A stretch of DNA of 64,000 nucleotides. It comes from Mizuhopecten yessoensis. Its lineage: Eukaryota. Location of the stretch: assembly GCF_002113885.1 (NCBI RefSeq), contig NW_018407185.1:141990-205989 (forward strand), given 5' to 3'. Under the pieces are notes generated by a model. That model did no database searches. It was not told where the DNA came from and worked only from the letters and a program-made list of their open reading frames with translations. Position 1 is the first letter of the stretch, and each line of letters starts with the position of its first letter. Shown one piece after another: positions 37,810-51,520 of the stretch. A program made the position numbers and the translations under genes.

Positions 37810-38335
37810 TTTGTTAATTCACCTGGAAGCCAAAATTGGTATAATCAATAAAAAAAATCAATAAGTTCGTATCAATTTAAGGACAAGAGCAACATTGTAA
37901 CATATCGTACATGTAATTTACATATTTACTCAAGAGCGAATCTAGATAATCATTAATGAGAAATTGGACTCAATTTCATACACTGTAGAAATCTATATCA
38001 TAAGTCTACTATCACATTTTGTTAATTTACCTAAAAGCGAAACTTGGTCATTAATAAAAAAAAATCGATATGTTCGTATCAAGTAATATAAACGACAGGG
38101 GTTTTCATTATTTACCTAAGAGCGAATCCGGATGATCATTAATGGGAAAAAAAGCCTTAGATTGTACACTGTAGTTATCTATATTATAAGCGTTATGCAA
38201 ATACAGCTATTCTAACACACTTTGTTAATTAACCTCAAAACTAATAATATATATCGATACGTTCGCATCAAGTTGTGGTTCAGTGCTAACATACCTTTAT
38301 ATTTACTTGAGAGCGAATCCGGATGATAATTAAAG
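37810..38335. repeat. Degenerate ~205-bp triplication
   Basis: tttgttaatt.acct at ~37810, 38018 and 38221; agagcgaatc repeated three times. Confidence 0.8.
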
Positions 38336-38411
38336 CACTCATGCAAAATATCAATGTTATGACATTCTCGTGAAATATCTTTGTTATTTACAGTTAACGG
38401 GAAACCATTAG

Positions 38412-38848
38412 ATTTTCTATTTATTACATTGATAAAGTAAAAATGACGAATTTTTTTTCTGCACCAAACTAGAAGCGGAATATTTGACGCCGGGTTCTAA
38501 TGACGTCACCCTTGATAACAAGCTGTGCGCCATTTTGAATGGGCCACTCAACGCATTTCTACCGAGTTTTTGTTGCTATTTACTGGTACGTTTTGCCAAC
38601 AAAAATGAAAGCAATTGCGTAAATGTGTTACTAACTTTGTGTGTGCACCAAAGATTTGAAAACAATCATTTACTCTGCCATCTTTTCCTCTGCAGATGAA
38701 CAGAAAATCATGCGGCAGTAAATAAAAAATAACATTTTGATTGGTCAATACAAAATGGATACTGGAACTTATATCATCACACGTGAAGAAATAAGTTTTT
38801 ATCACACTGATAATTTTTGATATTTTACTGGTAAAAATGTAATAAATA
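38412..38848. mobile_element. Non-autonomous DNA element remnant (Crypton-like, tentative)
   Basis: atttattacatt is inverted with aatgtaataaat. Confidence 0.35.
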
Positions 38849-39127
38849 TTTAATATGAATACATATATAACGGATTTAGAGGGTCTCGAAGCACTCGGGA
38901 GCCGTTGGCAAATGCCGTCGGTTCCCGATTGATCCCGAAGGGTAAATAATATAAATGTGTACTCTCAGTTTAAAAACTTCAATGACTAGCTAATATAGAC
39001 AGACCCACAAAATATAATATCATGCTCATTCTTGAAATACCAAATTTTGACATTCCTAGCGATAACTGATTCGAGTAATTGTCAAACAAGAAAGTTCGTC
39101 AACATCCGGTATTAGTAGCGAGAGAAC

Positions 39128-39215
39128 TAGTCTCGTTCAACCAGACGCTTGATCACTTATAATTCAAGATTGGCGTAGCTTACGAAGACAACAAGAGTCT
39201 GGTTGAACGAGACTA
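39128..39215 (+). mobile_element. 88-bp miniature Academ-like element, copy 2
   Basis: Perfect 19-bp TIR tagtctcgttcaaccagac / gtctggttgaacgagacta. Confidence 0.85.
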
Positions 39216-39621
39216 CGAGCGAGCGAGAGAAAATTAAAGCGGCATGGAACATCATTTTGCATAATTACAAATTGGTGTATATTATTTTGAGTGTTCAATA
39301 TCATTATCATTCCCACATAATCAATGTATAGCAATATAAATTATATAACTTTACACGTTTGTTAGAGAAATTCAAAGAGGTGCCCGTAATGACGCTGTAA
39401 TAATCACCGAATAACTGCCCCAATTCGTGATTATTTCAAGTACTTCATGATGATTTCAGTGTTAACTAATTAAAGGAGGTTTGGCTGTCTTGTGACCAAA
39501 ACATGGGCTATTGAAATGACATTTTGTTAACAGCGAAATCTTTTTTCAGCAAAGAATAGCACTGCACAAATCATAATCGCGATTGAGATTTTCACTTAAT
39601 AGATGCTTTATTAACTTGGAA

Positions 39622-39957
39622 CATACTGTATTCTAAATTACGCTCACTTACGCTCTCTGCACCCCTGGAATGTGTCATAATAAAATTGAAGGCTCAATGT
39701 GCAGCACCTTGAGGATGAGACGAGAAGACTAGTTTGGTCCTTTGATATACACCAAAAGAATCTCGCGGTAGCGTAGCGGCGAAAGTTGACAGGCTTTGAA
39801 GTCGGGCGTCGCTCCTTTGTAAACTCTAAAAAATAAGTATCAGCCTAGTGATTGGTCAGGATATATTTTACCTGACACCAATCAAATAGCTAGTGCCTGA
39901 CATATTCCAGGGGTGCAGAGAGCGAAAGTGAGCGTAACCACTGGAGTACCGAGGATG
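39622..39957 (+). mobile_element. Academ-like non-autonomous element with long TIRs
   Basis: ttacgctcacttacgctctctgcacccctggaat is inverted with attccaggggtgcagagagcgaaagtgagcgtaa. Related copies at 17251, 55240 and 59357. Confidence 0.8.
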
Positions 39958-40607
39958 ACGCATAAGATAAAGCTTGTTTTTATCAGACTTAAGATTTCTT
40001 TCCTCTCAATGTATTTATATTTCATTTTGATGCTATGCATTTATAATTCCTTGATTGCAACAAAGATTGAAGCATAAGAATGGCAGTGGATAGGTTCCGG
40101 TTTAAAAAAACTATCAACGTGACAATGGTGCATTGTAATGTATTATAATATTTAAGCTATGCGGTTCTCTAAACCTGATATCCTGTAATTATAATTGAAT
40201 ATACCGCAGGGGCCTGGGAACTAATCACAGTATGTATGTTTTGATTTTTCCTGAAACATGTATTTACTCTAAAGTCTAAAGTAAAGACTATTATCTGATG
40301 GTTTTAGAATAAAAAAAAAAGTAATCTCGAAATAAAACAAAAAAGGCATCTCGAAATGAAACGACAGTACCCATATCTCCAAATATCATTATTGTGGTCG
40401 AAACTAATAAAACGTTCGTGTTATATCACTACAAAAAAGTATTAGTACATTGTAGGTCAAACATTATACGTACATACGTTTCTGGCCCTGTGGTCAATGT
40501 AACAACACGGAATAGTACCCTTTCCCATCTGAACATAAAAAAAACGAAAAATAAAACCGTCTCACTGATTATAATGCCCCCGCCCCTCCTCCCCCGCCTC
40601 TCCTCTC

Positions 40608-41551
40608 NNNNNNNNNNNNNNNNNNNNNNNNNNNNNNNNNNNNNNNNNNNNNNNNNNNNNNNNNNNNNNNNNNNNNNNNNNNNNNNNNNNNNNNNNNNNN
40701 NNNNNNNNNNNNNNNNNNNNNNNNNNNNNNNNNNNNNNNNNNNNNNNNNNNNNNNNNNNNNNNNNNNNNNNNNNNNNNNNNNNNNNNNNNNNNNNNNNNN
40801 NNNNNNNNNNNNNNNNNNNNNNNNNNNNNNNNNNNNNNNNNNNNNNNNNNNNNNNNNNNNNNNNNNNNNNNNNNNNNNNNNNNNNNNNNNNNNNNNNNNN
40901 NNNNNNNNNNNNNNNNNNNNNNNNNNNNNNNNNNNNNNNNNNNNNNNNNNNNNNNNNNNNNNNNNNNNNNNNNNNNNNNNNNNNNNNNNNNNNNNNNNNN
41001 NNNNNNNNNNNNNNNNNNNNNNNNNNNNNNNNNNNNNNNNNNNNNNNNNNNNNNNNNNNNNNNNNNNNNNNNNNNNNNNNNNNNNNNNNNNNNNNNNNNN
41101 NNNNNNNNNNNNNNNNNNNNNNNNNNNNNNNNNNNNNNNNNNNNNNNNNNNNNNNNNNNNNNNNNNNNNNNNNNNNNNNNNNNNNNNNNNNNNNNNNNNN
41201 NNNNNNNNNNNNNNNNNNNNNNNNNNNNNNNNNNNNNNNNNNNNNNNNNNNNNNNNNNNNNNNNNNNNNNNNNNNNNNNNNNNNNNNNNNNNNNNNNNNN
41301 NNNNNNNNNNNNNNNNNNNNNNNNNNNNNNNNNNNNNNNNNNNNNNNNNNNNNNNNNNNNNNNNNNNNNNNNNNNNNNNNNNNNNNNNNNNNNNNNNNNN
41401 NNNNNNNNNNNNNNNNNNNNNNNNNNNNNNNNNNNNNNNNNNNNNNNNNNNNNNNNNNNNNNNNNNNNNNNNNNNNNNNNNNNNNNNNNNNNNNNNNNNN
41501 NNNNNNNNNNNNNNNNNNNNNNNNNNNNNNNNNNNNNNNNNNNNNNNNNNN
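40608..41551. other. Assembly gap (N) flanked by C-rich tracts
   Basis: Run of N. Confidence 1.
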
Positions 41552-42157
41552 CCCCCTCCCCCTCAAAACACCCTCCCTCCCCGACCCCGTTTCGTTTTTA
41601 AAGATATGACAACCATGAAACGTATACATAGCTCGTATCAAATAACTGTCATTTTTTTTCCTGCCAAAACGAATTCATGACGAACTTGCCAGTGTCAAGA
41701 GGGGGAGGTTTGCTGTGAGTCTCAGCGACATGTACTTAGAACGATACAAGACTTTAAGCGCACATCGTTAGTGCCTAATTAGCCCAAACATTTAATGGCG
41801 AGAGTTTTTAAGTGCAATTCCATTATGTTGGATTAAGTAAGAGAAAAATGCACCAGGGTTCAAAAACACGTTAAAAATCTCTCTGGGGGACATTTTCTTC
41901 TAACGCTCTACACACATTGGAAGAGGTTAAAATGTGGGAAATTTATAAATGGTCCTCCATTCTTCCGCCCTAATGTCGCGTGTTTTAAATGTTTATGTTA
42001 CTGCATACACTATTTTTAAGCCAGCTGTACAGTGTACCACGTGTACGCTAAAAAGCACAGTAGCATGGACATGAAACATGACGTATATATGAAAAGTAAT
42101 GATCATAGTCAGAGAACAAAATGTTGTACATTGCATATGATTTACTCATAGATATTG

Positions 42158-42400
42158 TCGCCGCTTTCGGGTAATATATCATTTACCAGGTTAATAAAAC
42201 TATGATCGCCCTCAATAGAAGGCTATTTGCTTTATAATAGTTAAACATCTCCTATACTTGCCCCCCATCCTCATCCGTGATGCTAAAGATGAAAAAAAGT
42301 AATTTAGAGAACAAATATTATATACTCTGTAAAACTGTTGTCGGTTTCGGTTACTGTATCATTTACCGGGTTAATAAAACCAGGATCGCCCTCATTATGG
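42158..42400. repeat. Diverged ~60-bp duplication at 180-bp spacing
   Basis: atcatttacc.ggttaataaaac...gatcgccctca occurs twice. Confidence 0.7.
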
Positions 42401-42687
42401 GCTCAAACTGAAACTGAATTGAATGAAGCTATATTTATTTTAATTGTATAATAGTCAGGTTTATACAACCGAAAATTTTAACGCTTGCATGGTATTCTCA
42501 TCAGGATAATAAAATCGTCCCGGTCTATTATAAAGTGAATAAAAAGATCCAGCTACCGATACCGTTAGATAGTCTTGATTGAAATTGATAAAAGAAACTT
42601 AGCTACATGTAACTCTGGCTCCCCCGTCGTATTGCGAACGATATTTTTTCGCACTAGAAAGCGACACATTGTTTTTGTTATGAATAT

Positions 42688-42749
42688 CCTCATCATCCTC
42701 ATCGTCATCATCATCACCATCATATCATCATCATCATCATCATCATCAT
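42688..42749. repeat. (ATC)n microsatellite
   Basis: Directly visible. Confidence 0.95.
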
Positions 42750-43559
42750 TCAATCATGATTTTACACAAGATTGGAACTCTTTTAGTAAGAAGGTACAAA
42801 TTGCAGTAAGGTACCTGTATCCTTAAGTTCAGGCGTATTAACGTAATTAAATATGACATTTATACAAGAAGTGGGGGCTGTCATTATATATATGTACATA
42901 TACAATGTAGATACAGTTTAACAAATACGGTAAGAGCAAAATGGACGCTGGGAAAGTTCACCTAACTTTTGCGCAGCGGAATACGTATGTGTAAGTTCCA
43001 TTGGAGGTAAATATATAACTGCGCGATTCAAAATGTTTACATTTAATTAAGCCTTGGTAACAGATCGAAATACATATATTCAAGGTATTTTATTTCCATA
43101 TCAAAACAATGGGACTATAGGGGCAGCAAAGTAGATGCGGGCGATTTTATGTGTCAGCTGTTTGTTACAGTAGTAACACGCATACATTTCTAAACAAGTT
43201 GAAAAAGATACGAGCGCAAACAAGACCCCTCGCTATGCTGGAGAAATCACTATTCCATATTTCACTTTAGTTTAAACATTATTTTATTTCCAATTTTTGT
43301 ACAGTAAACAAACTTCAAAACATAGAATAAAGAGGGTTGGAAAACAAGCTAATTCCTCTCCTCTGCTGGACATTACGGCACAGTATACATGGACATTTGC
43401 ACATATTAATGGTGACAGATGGACAGACAAAACGGTAACGAGATACGAAGATGTAATCATTTAAAGAATGCATAAAGCACATCGGCTGTAAGCTACAGTG
43501 TATTTACTGGTATACTGAATAGAGGTAAAGAAGATAAAGAAATACCAAACTTAAACTAA

Positions 43560-44060
43560 ACTTAAAACTTTGTGTAACCTCAGTGATGTAAAAACAAATG
43601 CCTATTGTTAAAGCAAACAATATCTAATGAAATATTTTGCTGTTGATGATAAAGTCGTGTACGGCAAGAAATATTTCAGAATTTTCCGTTTCATTTAATT
43701 CATGATCCCCCCACCACAAAAGAACATCTACCTAATCTACATAATACACCTTGAACTAATCGAGTTCCCTCACTGAGGAAATGTATCCTGTACAAATATG
43801 TGCACTCATTCAAACATTCTGCAACAGCAGAAATCATTATCCGAATATGTATTTGACATACTGTACAGTATTTATCCTTTATGGACTTTTTGTTGAGGTG
43901 GATATGTGGTGATTTAAACCTGTGAAAAGTGGCATTAACCGAGATAGAGTCGAGGTCTAAATCACTTTCCAGGTCCATATTAAACATATATTCACCGAAA
44001 TAAAAGTCTTTAATTGTTATATAAGGTATACAAAATATTCTGCTTTTATCATTAAACAAG
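43560..44060 (-). pseudogene. Decayed L1/Tx1-clade LINE ORF2 C-terminus (zf-RVT-like)
   Basis: Translation FHRFKSPHIHLNKKSIKDKYCTVCQ...AEC and a downstream AKYFIRYC resemble the LINE ORF2 C-terminal zinc-knuckle region. Confidence 0.45.
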
Positions 44061-44440
44061 ACCCCAACCCATCGCCTTTCGTTTCTCTCTCTCTTTCCCG
44101 CCAAACCTTGATTGCCTTAAGTTATATCCCCTTTACCTCCTTTTACCCCATCCCCACCCTACCCCTCTTTACTTTCTCTCTCTTGCCTTGAAATAAAATC
44201 CTCTTCACCCCCAACCCCAATCCTCTTCCCTTTATTTTATTGTCTCTCTGCTTAAAGTTACATTCTCTTCACCCTCTCCTCCCCCTCCCCTTACCTCTCT
44301 CTCTCTCTCTCTCCCTCTCTCTTTTCCACTCCACCAGGTCTTGATTGCTTAAAGTTACGTTCTCTTCATCCTCTCCTCCCCCTCCCCTTACCTCTCTCTC
44401 TCTCTCTCTCTCTTCCACCCCCACCAAACCTTGATTGTCT
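44060..44440. repeat. Pyrimidine-rich (CT)n region with a repeated tgc(c)ttaa(a)gtta unit
   Basis: Directly visible. Confidence 0.75.
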
Positions 44441-44902
44441 ATATGGTTACATTCATCTGTGTCATAACCCTTCTTAACTACATTATTCATATCATTAACG
44501 GAACAGTCTAACACGTCCCGATAGATCAATGTGCTCAGATACAAGAAGCTTGATCAAACAAGAAAGATTAGGATGGGATTTTAAAGATTTTTTTGGCAGC
44601 AGACAACTGGTGTGTACACACGGTAGTAATACACGGTGATAACCCCCATCGGCTACCTTCTTCCTCAACACGTAACACAACAGTCTGATTGTCTTACTTT
44701 TGTACATTGCTTTGTGTATCAAAACATTTCGGCATAACAAAATCAAATTCTTCTGAGAAAGTGTATGTTTCCGGGAAATGTTAAGTAACTAAAGATTCGA
44801 GAGACCCGGAACCGCCTTATCTGCAATAAGACAAGACTGAACAAAATACCCACACCTTGCGGGACTTTTATGATAAATAATACAAATGAAATAGTCTGAC
44901 TG

Positions 44903-45021
44903 ATACAGAAAGTGGCGGGGTTAGACCAGGATTTGAACCCAGGGCTTCAGATTGTTGTGCTATCGCTGTAACTGATTGAGCTAACTGGTCAACGGAAGTG
45001 GTATTGCCCAAATGTACCACA
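44903..45021 (-). mobile_element. Solo tRNA-like unit starting TGTGG
   Basis: Minus strand reads tgtggtac...ttagctcaatcagtta...gggttcaaatcctggtc. Confidence 0.5.
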
Positions 45022-45112
45022 GTTTTATTCAAAGGGAAGTTAAGGGGAGATAACTGTAGGAATAATGGCAGTTCAGTGGGACAGGTATCCTTAATAACAG
45101 TTTTTTTTTTNT

Positions 45113-45412
45113 CCAGTGAGGGAGATCTCCCTTTATCCGCATTTCCAGTGAGGGAGATCTCCCTTTATCCGCATTTCCAGTGAGGGAGATCTCCCTTTAT
45201 CCGCATTTCCAGTGAGGGAGATCTCCCTTTATCCGCATTTCCAGTGAGGGAGATCTCCCTTTATCCGCATTTCCAGTGAGGGAGATCTCCCTTTATCCGC
45301 ATTTCCAGTGAGGGAGATCTCCCTTTATCCGCATTTCCAATGAGGGAGATCTCCCTTTATCCGCATTTCCAGTGAGGGAGATCTCCCTTTATCCGCATTT
45401 TCAATGAGGGAG
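45113..45412. repeat. 32-bp near-perfect tandem repeat (ccagtgagggagatctccctttatccgcattt), ~9 copies
   Basis: Directly visible. Contains the 14-bp palindrome AGGGAGATCTCCCT; no spacers. Confidence 0.97.
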
Positions 45413-45936
45413 AAAGTTCGTGAAACTCGACTGAAACTATTTTGCTCAATTTATCTTTCCCTTTTATGAATCAAAATACATAAAAAAAACATTCCTTTGA
45501 TTCAGACACGCCTGTTTTGATCATAAAAACATCCGCAGTAACTTGGAAATCATCTGACCACCGGATGTAGATTTTGAGTTTGTATGAGTTTGGACTTGAA
45601 TGAGGAAGTTTCCAGGGAGATTGGTAAATTTTGGACAAAATGAGGGAGTCTCCCTCTTAATGAGGGAGGATTGACAGCTACAATGTACGCGTGAAAGCTT
45701 TCGATAAAAATAACCAATATATTAAAGCTATTATCGTTCATGATATTTAAAATGTTTCTAAACATTATTGATATTTGTTAGCAGTGGTATAGGTAGCCTA
45801 AAGTTTAAAGAGAGAACACGCTGTGAAATAAATTCAAAACTACCAATTTTATAAAATGTAAGTCAAATTTATAATTTAATACAGAAGATATCAATACAAA
45901 CTTTATGTATTTTACAAAAATTATGAAAAACGTTTA

Positions 45937-46071
45937 AATCACTCTTGATTGCCCGGATGTTAGCGCACGGGGGATCTGATCACATGACTGTCGGAGGAAA
46001 CCGGAGTACCCGAAGAAAACCCATGTTTTCGGGCACGTGACCCTGAATCTTTTTGCGCCCGATTGGGGAAA
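45937..46071 (-). mobile_element. V-type SINE fragment (same family as 52371)
   Basis: aatcactcttg...ggaggaaaccggagtacccgaagaaaaccca. Confidence 0.75.
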
Positions 46072-46469
46072 TGTCTATCTATAATCGAGTAAAGTTAAAC
46101 AAGTGAAATGTAATGGCAAGACTGTGCCATGTTTTTATCTTTTGTTTTTTTGTTTTTTTGTAAATTGGTTTTGAGTAGTGATAAAAACAATGTGAAGCCT
46201 GGCGTGAAGAAATTAAATTAAAACGCAATCAATCAATAATGACTCCCGCCTGAGGTCCCATTGTTGTGATATGGACATAATCCGCCAGTAGTCGTTACAT
46301 TTGACAAATAGTCGTCTTGATTTCTCATTAGTAAATGATTAAATTACATCTAGTGTTTCAAGTCAGAGATATAATTTAAGACAAGAGCCTGGTGCTGAAT
46401 CTTCTCGAGCAGTTTAAAGAAACTGGGTAATTTAGCCCATATTGGGCATATTACCCCCCACCCCACCCC

Positions 46470-46844
46470 NNNNNNNNNNNNNNNNNNNNNNNNNNNNNNN
46501 NNNNNNNNNNNNNNNNNNNNNNNNNNNNNNNNNNNNNNNNNNNNNNNNNNNNNNNNNNNNNNNNNNNNNNNNNNNNNNNNNNNNNNNNNNNNNNNNNNNN
46601 NNNNNNNNNNNNNNNNNNNNNNNNNNNNNNNNNNNNNNNNNNNNNNNNNNNNNNNNNNNNNNNNNNNNNNNNNNNNNNNNNNNNNNNNNNNNNNNNNNNN
46701 NNNNNNNNNNNNNNNNNNNNNNNNNNNNNNNNNNNNNNNNNNNNNNNNNNNNNNNNNNNNNNNNNNNNNNNNNNNNNNNNNNNNNNNNNNNNNNNNNNNN
46801 NNNNNNNNNNNNNNNNNNNNNNNNNNNNNNNNNNNNNNNNNNNN
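46470..46844. other. Assembly gap (N) flanked by C-rich tracts
   Basis: Run of N. Confidence 1.
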
Positions 46845-49800
46845 CCCCCACTCCTCCCCCTCATTCCCAGGGATTTGTTCATTTTCCTTCCTCCCTCAAG
46901 TAGCCCTTACACTTACACTCAGGTAGACGGTTAACCCTTACTTTGGGTAAAAATTATCTCCCCGTCGCTCGGGTATCTAAGCCTCCCTTTCCCTCCCTGA
47001 TGCAGTATTAACCCTCCCCTCCCCTATTCGTAGAATAGACCTATCCCGTCTACCCAACACTCTATCATACACCTCTGCATTCCAGACAGTGTTGAAACAG
47101 ACCCGAACAAGTGTAATTGACCACACTACCCCGTACTGACCTTTCCAAGGTCACACACATGCACACACATATCGGAAATATTTATAGGGGCCACAGCTGA
47201 GCTGTGTATAAGCCTGGTTATCTTAGCGTGAGGATCAGACAGAACACAGGCACGTGGAATCAACAAATAGAAAATATTAATTGAAAGTTTTGCTTTGGGT
47301 TAAACATTTTCGAAAGGCTAAACTCATGTGCCTGCGATTAGACACACAATTTTTTAAACTTTGATACACTGCCTCTCGTTTTATCTGCTATTTCGCTTAC
47401 TGCCAATATATTTCAAAATCTTTATTATCTCTTTCGGTGTATCGCCTAACCCCTTTATAACGCCAAATTGCTCGATAAATGGCGGACGTACATATATATA
47501 CCGATGTTTTACTGAGATAGTAGTGTTTAATATTTTTGAAAATGCATTTGTTACACACACAACTGGTATTTCTTGTGTAAGGTTGATCGTTTAAACTACG
47601 ACTATATCGCCATTATCGTGTGACTTTAAAATGCTGGACAAAATGTCTCATACACATCTTTATATTTTCAATCGCTTGTGTGAGTAAATTTCTTAATTAT
47701 TTGACGAGTTTAAGAAATAAAAGATAGGAATGAATTCAGATGCAGGTTCCCACGGATTATATTTCTGTAAAGACTTTAAAATAGAAAAATAAAAAAATGA
47801 TGATATGTGAGAACGATTTTGATTGTTTCTTATGATAAATTATAATATATAATATTCTCTTCCATCGCTGCTTGATAGCAAGAAGAAAAAAAATAAACTT
47901 AGTGAAATAACAAGTTAAATATCATACCGAGACACGTGATTCAAATAAAGAAATCAAATTGATTGCAAAATTTTGATCTAAAACTGTCACAAATTACCAA
48001 GAAATAGGGATCGATACCAAACTGACAAGAATTTAAATAGCATAGCGCTGACAGTTCGTTACTCGTGAATTTCGAATCTTTGGGTGTCGGCAACCAAAAT
48101 ATTTATCTTGTTAATTTGTAGTCTACGCGTTAGTAAGCTGACATGTTTGTACACCACCGGCCACCATGCAGCACCTGTACCGCCTACTACAACTACACGT
48201 GTTGTAGATAAAAATAGGTTCCCCTAGCGACTTGACATCTACCAATCGCCGTCTTATCTTGTAGTAAGGATATGTCAGATGTTTCGCGTCGTCCAGCTAG
48301 ATCGCATCGATAGCGGACCTAGAGACCAGGGGGTGTTAATTTGTCTGAGGGGACAGCGTTTGAGGTTCCTAATAGAACAAAAATCAAAACAAATGTGGAA
48401 CGTTTTTAAAGAAAACTCGCATCCTGGCACCGAGTGTGTGATTTTGGGGAGGGGTAGGAGTGGGGATTGGGTGTGTGTGTGTGTGTGTGTGTGTGTTGAA
48501 AATGCAACCCAGTGAATCCCTCTAGATAAGCCACTGCATAGAAAAGAATGTACCCTCGCGTTATCCCAAGAGACAGACAGTGTTACCATAGATAATTGGT
48601 CGTAATAGGTACGGAGCGGTGATACAGATGGCCTGGTGCTCCCTAACAAAGTTCAGAGGCAATAATAACCGGAATAACCGGCGTTACGGCCCCAGGGAGC
48701 CAAGTCTGAACTGCCGTATTTGCTGGGAGTGCAGCACAACTTTCGTAATAAAAAAAAAATGGGGAGACACGTTTTTTAATCCAATGTTTGGCGATTAAAG
48801 ACGAACATTTCGTAACAAAAATAGACAGAAAAACATATCTTGTTAAGTGATATACTTGAATCAAGTTTTATAGCCCCTTTATATAGTCCTTGCAAATTAG
48901 TAAAACATTAAGTGGATGGGTTAAGTATTAACACACATTTTCTAAACAATTCAATTTCTATATACACCAATATAGTACGTATTGATTATAACATAAAGTT
49001 TAAACCAAATCGATGTTTACAGAATAGGATCTGAAGATTGAGTATCATAAAAATTGAATTAGATTTCTATTTTATTTTAAGTCCGGGTTTAAAATTATCC
49101 CGAGAGCAAAGGATGAATCAGTTTTGTATATGCAATATTTTTTAAAGAAACAAATACACTCAGTTTTGAACATATACGAGATTCGGGATTATGCAATAGT
49201 TTAAGGTGAAAGTATACAAATTTAGTAATATGCTGGACGCAGTGCTACACAAGTATTTAATTATCTTAATGGGGTATGTATCTTTAATAATATTTTGAAC
49301 ACAAATATGCACTAAGAAACCTTAAATGAACATCACAACACACTGCATATTTGAACTGAACACGCATCTTTCATATAATTACAATGCACGTGTATGCACG
49401 TGTTTCAATTGTATTCTATTTTTATTGAACAGGACAATATTTTAATGGAACATGCTTCTTTAATTATATCAAACCCACGGGTGCTGAACAGCTTTAATTA
49501 AACGAACATCCTAAATAATAACATCATGCACAGCATTCCTCGCTCACGCGTAAAGCTTAATCAGCTGTTATTAGACAAAGGCAGGATGCAACACAGCTTC
49601 CCTTAAAAAAACGTAATCCATCGGGCCCGAAATAATTATAATGCGACTGTTAAGGCCTGTTCCTCACCGTACAGAATAGAAGCTTTTCATAACCTCGGTT
49701 TTAAATCGAACTCCTCCTTTGATCCGGCAAAGTAAAGGGAGTATTACAGAGCATTAGTGAGGTTGTTCAGAACATCCTCACGTGTCACTTGCGCGAGCTA

Positions 49801-50199
49801 TAAAACCTGCCACCCCCAATCAGCGATATTTTACCACCTAGGCCTAAAAGGTTAACAAAAAACCCGAAGCTTGTCCTGATGAGAAAAGGATCTGATAAAG
49901 CTTTGTGCTGTCAAAGTTGCCGTCAAGTGTTATCAATTATTTAAACGGGCAAATATTTGTGGAGCTTTAATGAAAACCCAACAGCGAGGATTTAATGAAA
50001 TCGATTTAATATGAGTGGTTACCTACCTTGGTTTAGTGTATAGTATAATCCAGTGTATCCTCTTTGAAAATGAAAATTGTTTAAAAAATTCTCTTGAAGT
50101 TTTGATGAAAGTGTGTCACTTTGTAACCACGCTCCACCGTAATATCCATCTATACAGTTCAGCGTATGGAGTAAAGATTTACTTGGAGCGACAGCGTAA

Positions 50200-50620
50200 A
50201 GTGTAACATCCTCCTGCTCGTGTTGTGTGTGTTAGTGTGTGGTGTACTCTACTGATACACGCTCTATTGAGGAGAGATCAGACGCCTCTCCTCCATCCAC
50301 CCCCTCCGCGAGTCACATGACGCTCAAGTCTCCTCTGATACAAGCTACGAAGTTCAAACCAGATATGTCAAAAATACCAGTTTTGTAGCTGCTTTTGTTC
50401 CTTTCTTCTATATAACCAAAAAATCAATCACTTGGAGAGTAGAACGAGAGAGTGAGTGAGAGAGAGGAGAACCGAAGCTTCTCCGAGTTTGCTAAGTGCG
50501 GCCGCGCGATACTTTCCCGCGCTGTGTGGTTACAGAGGCTGAGCGGGGACGGAGTCGGTGTCAGTCGCTGGGATGCTGAGCTTCAGTCGCGGTCTGTTTC
50601 CTGTCTGTTTCAGTGAAACA
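50200..50620. promoter_or_regulatory. GC/CpG-rich promoter- or enhancer-like island
   Basis: GTCACATGA E-box, GA-rich tract, GCGGCCGC and two TCAGTCG Inr-like motifs; not repetitive. Confidence 0.35.
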
Positions 50621-51326
50621 TACAACCCCGCATAATAATATTTCTTTCAAAATTGCAATGAATCACTGCGTTTTTACATTATGCGTTTATTGGCCCATGC
50701 TTCAGTGGACAATTTCACGTCTATTTGAATATGAACAGAATGGCGTTCAATTTTTAGCGGATACCAATTTCGACTGAGCTCTCTATCAAGACAGATGTCT
50801 CCGTTACAGCGACAAAGCTTGCCTGGTTCCAAAATTCTTTATTCTCATAATTATCAATGCCAAGCATCGGAGATGGGAAAGAGAAAAAATGATTTTTTGT
50901 CTTCCGATTATTATCCCGCTGTATCGGAGCTACCAATGTAATTGATCGCGTATTTCTATGAATAAAGAAATGGATGAATTTCAAAAAAATGAAATTTCCA
51001 TTCTTTGGCAAAACATTTGAAGTTTCCCCGAGGTGGATGTCATAAAGTGCAATTGAGGATAGAGCTATTTAGTCGATTCGACATTCTGAGAAACGTAAAA
51101 ACGCAAGGAATTGAACAGGTCTTAGAATAATGCTTTCGTAGTAAGGAAATTAATTTGATCAAATTCTTCAATTTAAATGTCAGTCATCGAGATATAATTT
51201 AGATCTTTTGAGTTTCACTTGTTGCTCATTGTAGCTGCTACAATATGCATGATAGCTTGTTTTTATATCGGTAGCTTCTATGTGAAAGTGGAATAGCAAC
51301 ATCAATCGAATATATCAGTGTGCTAA

Positions 51327-51520
51327 GGTTTGTTTGTGTTTCACGTCCAATTAACAGCTTTGGTCATTTAAGGACATGTCAGGTTTTAATGGTTGAGGTA
51401 AACCGGAGTTCCTGGAGAAAAAACGACGACCTGGCGACAGCCCCACGTAGGCCTCGAACCTTTGACCCAGTGGTGGAGGGTAAATGACAGTCAGACCCCT
51501 TAGCCACACGGCCAACGTGG
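51327..51520 (-). mobile_element. V-type SINE (same family as 19006)
   Basis: A-box-like tggccgtgtggctaag, B box ggttcgaggc, V-domain and shared tail. Confidence 0.8.

Noticed and set aside
45113-45412. CRISPR array (32-bp palindromic repeats)
   Set aside because: Units are contiguous with no spacers, there are no cas genes, and the context is eukaryotic.
40394-46903. Long ORFs spanning N runs
   Set aside because: Assembly-gap artefacts.
49870-49900. Hammerhead ribozyme core (CTGATGA)
   Set aside because: No stem II followed by GAAA and no compatible flanking helices.
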